Part shown: piece after piece, positions 37,932 to 50,158 of the stretch
How positions within the stretch are numbered: the first letter of the stretch is position 1
Layout: each line of letters opens with the position of its first letter
Source: Atractiella rhizophila
Lineage: Eukaryota
Assembly (NCBI GenBank): GCA_021432655.1
Contig: MU271195.1
Span: forward strand, 62,001 to 126,000
Direction: 5' to 3'
Length of the DNA stretch: 64,000 nt
Position numbers and translations under genes: made by a program
The notes under the pieces: model-generated
Seen by the model: the letters and a program-made list of their open reading frames with translations, nothing else
Told to the model about the DNA's origin: nothing
The model's database searches: none

Positions 37932-39486
37932 CATCAGCAATTTCCCTGGGTGCTATACGGTCTATCCTAGCACCACCGTATAGACCCTTCCTAGGAGCTG
38001 CTAGGTGGTCCTATGGTGCTATAGGACCTCGTTGAACCTATGGCAAACTTTAAACGCAAACTTTGAAACTAATCCATGACTCCAGAGTGACTCACCGCAT
38101 TTCCATTGCATAGGGGGCCAGTGGGTTAGGGGCTGTTGCCCTCCTTGAAAAATTTTCACGAAGTCCATCCGCATCGAACGTTCATCTGCATCTTCTTCAA
38201 TATCTCCTTACCCAATTTTCCGCAGCTGTCGCCTTTGTGCAAACCTTCCCTTTCTCTCCACATCCTTTCTGGACATGGAAGCTGCATCTCAACTGACCAA
38301 CTCACACCTTCTGCAATCTAGTGCTGTGACTGTGTGCAACAAACCCCATCGCTGTTATGGAATCTGGATCAGCCTGAAGGGAGTTGTTTCTGTGAACTGT
38401 GCTCATTTATGTGTGGGACTATGTGGAGTGTAGAGAAGTTTTAAAGGTATGTTGTCCTTCTCTTCGGCATACCGTCGGTCAGAGGAACAAGATGGGAAGA
38501 TGTGTGACACTCTTCATATTTCTTCTTACATTGTTGTCTAGACCTTGTCTCTCTCCATCCTCCCGCTTACGCTCCTTCCTCACCGAACCTCTTATCACCT
38601 GCAACGGTCTTGCTGTTACACTCCGCATCACAGCTGACCCCTCGCCCTTTCCTCATGCGCATCCGTGACACCGTTCCATCCGCCTCTGCCCCACTTGCTC
38701 GTATGAGGTGAAGAACCTGCTTACATTCTCTTCAATTCCCCTGAATGCATGCGGTAAAAAGCGGTCCCAGGAGTCAACGGATGGTCATTGAAGCGGCTTG
38801 GACTGTTCAAGCTGTGGTGAGACCACAGAACTTCAAATGTTCTAGTATTCAGTGTTGAATCTAGTGAGTAAGGTCATCATTCTAATGGCAGTCCTAATCT
38901 GAGTTGAGGAAGGAGCAAAGTGACATGAAAATGTTTCAATCTACTTGAGCTACATTGCTGACATAGATCTGCGCACTATTTGTGAGTCAATATATCTCCC
39001 AAAGTCCCTTCACTCACAGCTAGTAGACAGGCACTTCGGTAAGACAGTTTGTTGACGTTGTGTCAACCCGCCCTGTTTAGCACAGGTCGGCTCCACACAA
39101 CCCACAGCACATCCGATCTACCTCCCTCTTTCCTCACGTTTTTCCTCAAATCAAAAAGGTTATCTTAAACATTAGAACGGTGAAACTGTAGGCTGGATAG
39201 GAGGTCGTGATGGGATGTGATAGAACAAGCAAATGATTCAATTTTACAGTGCAAGATGTGTAAACTATGAGATTGCCTTGATTAATATAATGGATTTCAT
39301 TGCGCATATATGTCACAAAGCACGAGAAGGAGCCTGCAAATGAAATAAGGAAGCAAACGAGGTGACTCAGTCATAGCGCTATAGCGCTATAGTGCTGCTC
39401 CTAGGGGTCTAGGATAGCGACCAGGTGACAAAAGCCCTATGAGCTATCTCATAGCTCCATAGACACCCATCCAGAAAGTGCTGATG
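37932..39486. mobile_element. non-autonomous TIR DNA element, 1.55 kb
   Basis: TIRs CATCAGCAATTTC / GAAAGTGCTGATG (12/13), TA on both flanks, CTAG/CTATAG-rich subterminal repeats, no long ORF. Confidence 0.8.
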
Positions 39487-39499
39487 TAGTAGAGGATGA

Positions 39500-40799
39500 T
39501 TTATTATGCTGACAGCCAAGTTTGTGGCGTGTTGGTTGATAGGAACAGTCTCATGGTGAAGGAATGCAGCGAGGCATGCAAGGGGGATGGGATTGATGGG
39601 AGGCTTACTGTAGGTGTTTCCAGCTGCTCCTTTACTTCGTGAGTGTTTCGGAATATATGGACCCTTTTATGGGTAAGGAAATCAGTTTCAGCGAGCTTCT
39701 ATTCACCTTAAAGGAGCAACCGCTCCTAGCTCCTAGCGGATCAGGAAGGTGGGAGTCCAAATGTGATGCGTCTTCTTCCAATTTCTGTACATTTTCGCCT
39801 TGCTTCTAACTCTCAAAACATGCTAATAATCCTATTTATTACCTTAGGTTCTTTTGGATGCCCATTTCCCGCTGTCGACCCACTTCGCCTCGTTTTGCTA
39901 AAGACCACTTCTAACTTGCTTGTTTTATGCAGGCAATTTTCATCCACCTTCGCTTGTTCGAATGGAGGCTTATCTGCCAACAGTCTGGAGGTGCCAACAG
40001 TCAAGGAGACAATGGAGCACTGGGTGGGTACTGGAGATTAATTGCTTAGCGATTGAAGGTCAGTTGAGTTATCCTCCTGTCTTCTCCTTCTGACTGGAGC
40101 ATATGTTTCATTTTTGCAGCATCAAGATTCTTGATATTTAGAGGGGCTTGTTCATTTTGTTGCAAAGGGGACCTGATGTTGAAATCACGTCAAATAACGC
40201 CGATTTTTTCTGGCAAGACCGCGTTCCAAAATCGCTCAAGGTGGCGCAAAAAAACGTGTTTTTCGAGCCAGAAAACTTGTACGTTGGTGAAAACAGGATT
40301 GAGGATCAATTAGGAATAGGAAGACATGAGTATAGTGAGATCTGAGGAAGCCGTAGAGGTTGAATTCGTCGATTTTGGCAGTCTTTTTTCTTTTTTGAAG
40401 GGAGATAGAGGGTGGTGCAAGTCTGATTCCTGCATAAGGCGAAACTGGTGCAGTTTGAGGTATAGATGGAGGAGGGTAAGTTTGGGGTATTGGGTCTGTT
40501 CGTGATAAAAAGGGGGAGGTGGTTCCACTTTCTCTAGGAGGAGGCAGTCTGGAGTCCAGCAATTGTAAAATTCGGTCGTTTGTGTTCTGGACGTCGGACC
40601 TCAGTTGCACAATTTCGTGCGCATTTTGGGAGGTTTGCACGTTTTGTTGGTTGAAACTTGATATGAGGTCTTGTTTGATTTTTTTGAACTGCTTTTCGGT
40701 TGTGAGGTGGAGAGTTTGGAACATCCTTTCTAAGTGATGGATGTGTTCTTCGCTCGTCGGCGATTCGCGCGTTTCCATATCTCCCCAAACCTCCGACAT
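39500..40799 (-). pseudogene. gag-like remnant downstream of a family-A 5' LTR
   Basis: ATG at 40799, about 40 nt after the LTR end. Coiled-coil and Pro-rich ORF 40236-40799, then degenerates. Confidence 0.55.
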
Positions 40800-40838
40800 T
40801 TTCTAAGTTTGGTTTTGAAAAGGAGATAGAGTATTTTC

Positions 40839-41752
40839 TGTTAGGGCTGACACTATGTACGGTCGCCGACAGGCGATGCGTTTGTAGTGGAGATAAACCT
40901 AAGAACATGATATGACATGAAGACTAACCTGTAGTGGAGATAAACCTAAGAGAATACTCTAAGGTCACCTCCACTACTCTCTGATCTATATATTCAAGCG
41001 GAATAGCACTGCCACAGAGTGTAGAGGAGAGCAGATGAAACATGTAAGAGAACTAAAAGGGGAAGTGACAGTGGGATTACGCGGAGTTAATAAGAGGAGA
41101 ATAGTGTCAGGCTTGCCCCTACGCATTACCGAAATGCACCATCTGAAGTCACGTGACCTACTTTACCATGCCATAGGACCACGCGCCTGCCCATCGCCGC
41201 TTTGCTCACGTTCTCGCTGATCGCCGCCTTCCCCTGTCTCACACTAATCGCCGCTCAGCAAACCTTAAACATTTCGCCGGTCTGCACCGTCTCCATTATT
41301 GCTTTATTGTCCTTTCTCACTTGTACTGCTCAGTATGTCTTATTTCCGAGTTTTCCTTTTATTGCTTTCCTGATCTAGCTATCTTACATGTTTCAAGAAA
41401 CTTATGATACAGTTTATGGCAGTGCTTTTACATATGTATATATACATCGAGATGTAGTGGTGGTGACCTCAGAGTATTCTCTTAGGTTTACCTCCACTAC
41501 AGGTTAGTCTCCTCATGCCATACTATTCTCTTAGGTTTACCTCCACTACAGACGCATCGCCTATCGGCGACCGCACATAGTGTCAGCCCTAACAAATAGA
41601 CACAAATGAGCTAAGTGATGATGCAGGTGCAAATGGCCGAACAGGCGCAGATTTGAACTGCGTGCAATTTGGCGACCGGAGACGGTTCACAGATTTGTAT
41701 AGAATGCAAACGGGCGAACAGGCACCGATTTGTGTAAGATGCAAACCTGACA
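40839..41752 (-). mobile_element. family-A 5' LTR interrupted by an inverted family-B solo LTR
   Basis: A halves at 40839-41104 and 41595-41752. PBS-like GAAAATACTCTA immediately downstream (40827-40838). Confidence 0.9.
41105..41594 (+). mobile_element. solo LTR family B, 490 bp, nested in LTR A
   Basis: TGTCAGG..CCCTAACA with TSD AATAG (41100-41104, 41595-41599). Confidence 0.93.
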
Positions 41753-44200
41753 GATGAATTACTTCACCTTTTACGACATTTCAATCTTTATGACGATTTG
41801 TGCTCTCAACATCGCAGCGAGAACATGGCGGAGAAACTCACTGGTCTTGATGGAAACGAGCAACATTGCTGCATCAACTCGTGTGTAGCTTATAACCGGT
41901 ATAAGGATACTCTCAGTTGTCCTCATTGTGGTAAAACAAGATATGATGAACGACATTTAGCGAATAGAAAGAAAATTCCTCGGAAGACCTTTATTTGGCT
42001 TCCTGTTGCTCCTCGAATTCAAGCAATGTACCATGCTACATTTCGCACAGAAGCCATTCTGTATCGTGTGAGGGCAACTGCAGCAATGTGATCAAATGCC
42101 GATAAACCTATTGAGGACTACATTGATTCCGAAAATTACAAGAGGCTGCTCGAAAGGTTTTTCACAGATGATCAAGATGTTGCCTTGCTTTTCTCGTCTG
42201 ATGGAGCCCAGATCCTTTGTAACAAGCATTCTGATGCTTGGCTTATCATGTTGTTGAATTTGAACTTGTCTCCTGAAGAGTGAGTTAAGAAGCACAACAT
42301 GATTCTTGTCTCTATCATTCCCGGGCCAAACAACCCCAAGGATATTTTTATTTTTCTTCAAGAGCCATTAGAAGAATTATGGAAGCTTGAGACGGAAGGT
42401 GTTCGTGTCTGGGACGAGAAGGAGAGAGAATGGTTTATCTGTCATGTATACCTTCTCTTAGGAGCTGCTGATATACAGGGAAGCTCAAAATTCGCTTGTA
42501 GAGTGGGACCGTGAGGCAGCTGTGGTTGTAGCTTTTGCTACCTTATTGGTTATTACACCAGAAAGAGTGGTTACTACTATGCTTTTGAAAATCCTATTGA
42601 CGACTTTGAACTTGGGACAACGAGGCGAAGGAAGAGATTCATCGACAGCAGTATTCACGAGATTCACCACCTCTTTTGCGTACAAACGATACCTACGGGC
42701 GAGAAATGACACAACTGTTACTCGCAAAATCTCAAGAGGAGACAACAAAGCTTACTACCAAGTTTGGAATTGTGCGAAGAACTCCTTTTGCAAGTTTCGA
42801 TACTTTTACCTGGCCTTATTTCTTTCCAATCGATGCCATGCACCTGTTTTTTCAACTCGTCACACTTTTTATGTTCAAGATTTGGTGTTGTGATGACCAG
42901 ATGGGTTTGAACGGTACTGAAGACTTCGTTATCCCTGACGAAAGCTGGGAGAAGATTGGTAGGTGTCCATCTCTTGTTATAATATATGAATCTGACAGTT
43001 TCTGGATAGGCACATTAATGGAGAATGCCTCTAGCTTTTGGCCAGCAGCATTTGGGGAACATCCACGCAATATTCATACTTCTTGGACTTCCTACAAGAA
43101 TAAGGATTAGGCGTAATGGTGCTTTATCTGGTCTCGCCAATTTTTGCCTTATTTTTTGCCGCCGAAATATCTGGATCACTGGTTTAAGTTTGTCAAAGCC
43201 GTGACAATTGCTTGCCAGAGACAGATCACTCACGAGAAGTTACTAGAGATGAAGCACCTCTTTGAAGAGTTTCATGATCGGTTCATGCAACTATACTATC
43301 AGCGGAAGATCAGGCGCATCAAGATGTGTCACATGGCTCTCCATCGCCTCTTGCATGTCTACGACTGTATTTTGCAAATGGGTCCTGTCTGGGTGTATTG
43401 GCAGCATCCGATGGAACGCTTGATTGGTCAAATGGTTCAATCTCTTCAAAATGTCACTCAGTATATGGCTAATTTTGCATGGCTCATGCTTCATTGGGAA
43501 CGAGTAAACATCGTCAGCTGGCTTTGTCCTATTCCGAAGAGAGCCATCACGTCTCGCGTTGCCTTTGAGAAGAGCAATTTCGATGACTCTCGCTTTTTGA
43601 CCGTCAAGAGAGAACCAAGCCCATCTTTGGACAACTCAGTTCGAGAAGCTCTAGTTGTTAGATGGGGAACCTCAAGTTGATGAGAAATGAACAAACCATT
43701 GGCTCTATGTTGGTGGAGTCTGGACGGAAGCGAAAGGAGCTCACTAGAAGTACAACTTGTATCGCAGTGAGTGGCTATTATCTTTGCACAACTGGTTCTG
43801 ATACGGTGAAACCAATCAGGTCACTAATCGGGACAGGGAAAGCAGTGAACTGCAAACACATTTTGGGGACGTACAATTCTACCTCACTTGTCGGTTCAAG
43901 GATGACTTCTTCCAGCTTGCATATGTTACAGTTGTAGATAATCTGAGAGGAGAGGTTGAGCGAGGTGATCTTTCCTGCCGCTTTTCCGCCGAGACGCCTA
44001 GGCATACTCGCTTCATCGACATCGATACAATTAAAGGTCTTGTTTTTATCTTCCTATTGATAAGCAGCTGTTAGAAGCAAGCTCTGAGTTTGAAGGAGAA
44101 GAAGATGATATGGAAGAAGTGAGCAGCCAGTTCGATGAAGATTGGGAGGATACATGGCAGACTGTTGGGCAGCAGTGATACGGCATTGCTTGGAAGCATA
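41753..44200 (+). pseudogene. CACTA/EnSpm transposase pseudogene, copy 1 (5' truncated)
   Basis: CCINSCVAY..CPHCGKTRY, FSSDGAQ, IIPGPNNPKD, IDAMH, HRLLH..GPVWVYWQHPMERLIG. Several stops. Confidence 0.9.
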
Positions 44201-46988
44201 TGACCCTGCTTGCAGATTGGGAGCCAGTTGATGACTGAGCTGCTCAGATGGTTCATGTTTTTATTGTGTGCCGAAGCAATGAATAGATTGACTATCAAAT
44301 ACTCCTTTTGCATACATCTGCCAACATATCTGGCTTGATTCCATTTCCACAACTTCTCTTTGTACCAAATTTCCATGCCTAGATCGATGAAGAGAGTACG
44401 CTGAATGTGGCATGAGAGAGGAATGATTACGGTGCAAAAGAGAAGAGAAGGGGCCGGTGTGAAAGATATGATGAACGACATTTAGCGAATAGAAAGAAAA
44501 TTCCTCGGAAGACCTTTATTTGGCTTCCTGTTGCTCCTCGAATTCAAGCAATGTACCATGCTACATTTCGCACAGAAGCCATTCTGTATCGTGTGAGGGC
44601 AACTGCAGCAATGTGATCAAATGCCGATAAACCTATTGAGGACTACATTGATTCCGAAAATTACAAGAGGCTGCTCGAAAGGTTTTTCACAGATGATCAA
44701 GATGTTGCCTTGCTTTTCTCGTCTGATGGAGCCCAGATCCTTTGTAACAAGCATTCTGATGCTTGGCTTATCATGTTGTTGAATTTGAACTTGTCTCCTG
44801 AAGAGTGAGTTAAGAAGCACAACATGATTCTTGTCTCTATCATTCCCGGGCCAAACAACCCCAAGGATATTTTTATTTTTCTTCAAGAGCCATTAGAAGA
44901 ATTATGGAAGCTTGAGACGGAAGGTGTTCGTGTCTGGGACGAGAAGGAGAGAGAATGGTTTATCTGTCATGTATACCTTCTCTTAGGAGCTGCTGATATA
45001 CAGGGAAGCTCAAAATTCGCTTGTAGAGTGGGACCGTGAGGCAGCTGTGGTTGTAGCTTTTGCTACCTTATTGGTTATTACACCAGAAAGAGTGGTTACT
45101 ACTATGCTTTTGAAAATCCTATTGACGACTTTGAACTTGGGACAACGAGGCGAAGGAAGAGATTCATCGACAGCAGTATTCACGAGATTCACCACCTCTT
45201 TTGCGTACAAACGATACCTACGGGCGAGAAATGACACAACTGTTACTCGCAAAATCTCAAGAGGAGACAACAAAGCTTACTACCAAGTTTGGAATTGTGC
45301 GAAGAACTCCTTTTGCAAGTTTCGATACTTTTACCTGGCCTTATTTCTTTCCAATCGATGCCATGCACCTGTTTTTTCAACTCGTCACACTTTTTATGTT
45401 CAAGATTTGGTGTTGTGATGACCAGATGGGTTTGAACGGTACTGAAGACTTCGTTATCCCTGACGAAAGCTGGGAGAAGATTGGTAGGTGTCCATCTCTT
45501 GTTATAATATATGAATCTGACAGTTTCTGGATAGGCACATTAATGGAGAATGCCTCTAGCTTTTGGCCAGCAGCATTTGGGGAACATCCACGCAATATTC
45601 ATACTTCTTGGACTTCCTACAAGAATAAGGATTAGGCGTAATGGTGCTTTATCTGGTCTCGCCAATTTTTGCCTTATTTTTTGCCGCCGAAATATCTGGA
45701 TCACTGGTTTAAGTTTGTCAAAGCCGTGACAATTGCTTGCCAGAGACAGATCACTCACGAGAAGTTACTAGAGATGAAGCACCTCTTTGAAGAGTTTCAT
45801 GATCGGTTCATGCAACTATACTATCAGCGGAAGATCAGGCGCATCAAGATGTGTCACATGGCTCTCCATCGCCTCTTGCATGTCTACGACTGTATTTTGC
45901 AAATGGGTCCTGTCTGGGTGTATTGGCAGCATCCGATGGAACGCTTGATTGGTCAAATGGTTCAATCTCTTCAAAATGTCACTCAGTATATGGCTAATTT
46001 TGCATGGCTCATGCTTCATTGGGAACGAGTAAACATCGTCAGCTGGCTTTGTCCTATTCCGAAGAGAGCCATCACGTCTCGCGTTGCCTTTGAGAAGAGC
46101 AATTTCGATGACTCTCGCTTTTTGACCGTCAAGAGAGAACCAAGCCCATCTTTGGACAACTCAGTTCGAGAAGCTCTAGTTGTTAGATGGGGAACCTCAA
46201 GTTGATGAGAAATGAACAAACCATTGGCTCTATGTTGGTGGAGTCTGGACGGAAGCGAAAGGAGCTCACTAGAAGTACAACTTGTATCGCAGTGAGTGGC
46301 TATTATCTTTGCACAACTGGTTCTGATACGGTGAAACCAATCAGGTCACTAATCGGGACAGGGAAAGCAGTGAACTGCAAACACATTTTGGGGACGTACA
46401 ATTCTACCTCACTTGTCGGTTCAAGGATGACTTCTTCCAGCTTGCATATGTTACAGTTGTAGATAATCTGAGAGGAGAGGTTGAGCGAGGTGATCTTTCC
46501 TGCCGCTTTTCCGCCGAGACGCCTAGGCATACTCGCTTCATCGACATCGATACAATTAAAGGTCTTGTTTTTATCTTCCTATTGATAAGCAGCTGTTAGA
46601 AGCAAGCTCTGAGTTTGAAGGAGAAGAAGATGATATGGAAGAAGTGAGCAGCCAGTTCGATGAAGATTGGGAGGATACATGGCAGACTGTTGGGCAGCAG
46701 TGATACGGCATTGCTTGGAAGCATATGACCCTGCTTGCAGATTGGGAGCCAGTTGATGACTGAGCTGCTCAGATGGTTCATGTTTTTATTGTGTGCCGAA
46801 GCAATGAATAGATTGACTATCAAATACTCCTTTTGCATACATCTGCCAACATATCTGGCTTGATTCCATTTCCACAACTTCTCTTTGTACCAAATTTCCA
46901 TGCCTAGATCGATGAAGAGAGTACGCTGAATGTGGCATGAGAGAGGAATGATTACGGTGCGAAAGGGAAGAGAAGGGGCCGGTGCGAA
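41938..46988 (+). repeat. 2525-bp tandem duplication
   Basis: Identical ORF sets offset by 2525 (for example 42092/44617 and 43144/45669). Junction near 44463. Confidence 0.95.
44463..46730 (+). pseudogene. CACTA/EnSpm transposase pseudogene, copy 2
   Basis: Same motifs and same stop codons as copy 1. Confidence 0.9.
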
Positions 46989-48049
46989 GGAGTGAGCGAC
47001 AGGAAAGAACGAGGGGCAGATGCAGTTCAAGCGCCTGAATACCCATTTCAGCACTCAAGCGATGTCGGCAGTGGCCGTGCTCACTCGATCTCCTTACCAA
47101 TCTTGTTCCTATTCCGCTTGGTCTGCCGCTTCATGCTCACAAGGTTATTAGGCTAGAAGATGCTATGTCATGCTCGTGGTGAGATACAGCTTAGGAGAAC
47201 TGGAGAGACGGGATACTGACCTAGGCAGCCAAGTCTCAAGTGAGACCTTTCCGAGTACTCCTACAAGCATCCGGTGGTGCTCTCGCACTTTGTTTTCTAT
47301 CCAAACTATTGGCTAACCTTCAAAGTGTGAATTGTGGCCATGGGATAAGGCACCATCGATGTCGAATTGGGATCAATGAAGACAATAAGTTGAGGTGGAA
47401 AACAATAAGGTGAGTAGACAGATTATTTCCTCGGATTGCTGTATACCCAACGAATTCGGGAACGATTCTAACAAAAGTCTCTAGGGAGAAAAAGGTGGAG
47501 AAGGAAGCGAAAGGGGGCATGAATGGATGATGGATGCAGTGTAAGGTGTTGAGATGTTGAAAGGATTTGTGAAATGAAAAAGGTGCTCCCACGTAATTTG
47601 GGATGTAAGTCCTAAATCTGGTTGAAATGGAGGAAGAGAGGACACACCTGGATAGTCGATCATGTTGATTGTGCACGCAACCAGCCTAGCTCCATTCTCT
47701 GCGAACCACCCTCAATCCTTCTTGTCCAACCAACTTGGATAGTTCTCCTGAGTACTCCTCGCTTCTTCAGGTCATCGCCACGCGATGGCTGATCGAAACT
47801 GATCAGGTTTCCTTGGGTTGTTTCGAAGAAGCCTGCTAGAACACCAGTTAGCCTGGTACTCTGCTCCAAGGAAGAACTACTCAGTGAAGTGCGTTCAGTC
47901 GCCTCCGTCAAGCACTCTGACGACTTAAGGCCCCTCCCATCTCTGAAATCTCTGCGGTTGCAGTGCTGCTGGTTGGTTTTGCCAGCAGAAATGCGAGTGT
48001 CTTTGATACCGGCTTCCCATGTAAAAAAAATGGCGAAAAACTTATACAC

Positions 48050-48185
48050 TCACCAGTAAAAGACCGGATGCGACGTTCCCGCTTCCTTGCCAGGTTTTTG
48101 GTACTTTTTACCAGCCTTGCCCAGGTAAATTGCCAGGGTCAAAAACCAGTGGTCTCAAAAAACTGGTCTGGACTGTTCACAGGGG
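48050..48185. repeat. probable subterminal repeats and right end of the CACTA element
   Basis: Dense CCAG/CTGG motifs ending in CACAGGGG (a CCC-type terminus on the minus strand). Partner end not found. Confidence 0.4.
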
Positions 48186-48579
48186 AACGACAAGCTGACA
48201 ATAATAACACCTGTAACCTGCTGCCTACATTTCCCAGTTATGATGCAAGTTGGCTAAGATTTGAAGATATAAGCATCTGAGGAGATATATGTGCATCCAT
48301 TGAGGAAGCCAAGTACCTTTGGGTAGAACTTGCCATTGAGGAGGAGAAAAGCGGAAGGTACCGAAAGCACTTCCTTTCTCAGCTGCTGTAATAATAAGCG
48401 TCATGTTGTGTGCTCAACGTGCACTCAGATCTGCACTCAGATCTTGTCTTCCGAAGCAGGAAATGCCGACAGTCCCTCTCATTTCTTCGGATCTTCGTTT
48501 TCTGATTTCCCCGAATCTGTCTACCGATTTTTCGCTGGTCGTGTGCCTTCTCATTTCCTCCTACAAAGAAAGAATCCAG

Positions 48580-49782
<1,203 letters not shown>

Positions 49783-50158
49783 GAACTCATGGGACTTAAA
49801 CCTGAATGTTTCGACAGACAATTGAAGCTGGATACTGCATGGGCTTACTGTTGTAGAAATGTTTGAAATTGGGATTACTGATGAGGTATTCGATGGAGAG
49901 TACAACTGTACACATTTTCCTTAAGAACACAATCTAGATTGAAAGAATAAACGAATATGAACGAAGGAGATGAAAATTTACGAGTGATAATGCAACATAC
50001 AAGTGACGCAGAGAATCCATGTAGAAATTGAAGTGTTAGGCCGTATGAGTTGGAGTTGGAGGGAAGTGAGGTGATGCATGCGACTGATGAGCAAACTTGG
50101 ACAAAGCGAAAAGCAAGCAAATAATAATCAATCATCAATCCAAAAGCGATCCATTGAT

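Noticed and set aside
40839..41594. MITE or Ginger-like element with long TGT..ACA TIRs
   Set aside because: No TSD around it. It is fully explained by LTR B (TSD AATAG) inverted inside LTR A.
31032..41752. Full-length Gypsy element bounded by two family-A LTRs
   Set aside because: The flanks (CATTT vs GATGA) do not match, there is no pol, and the interval crosses other element boundaries.
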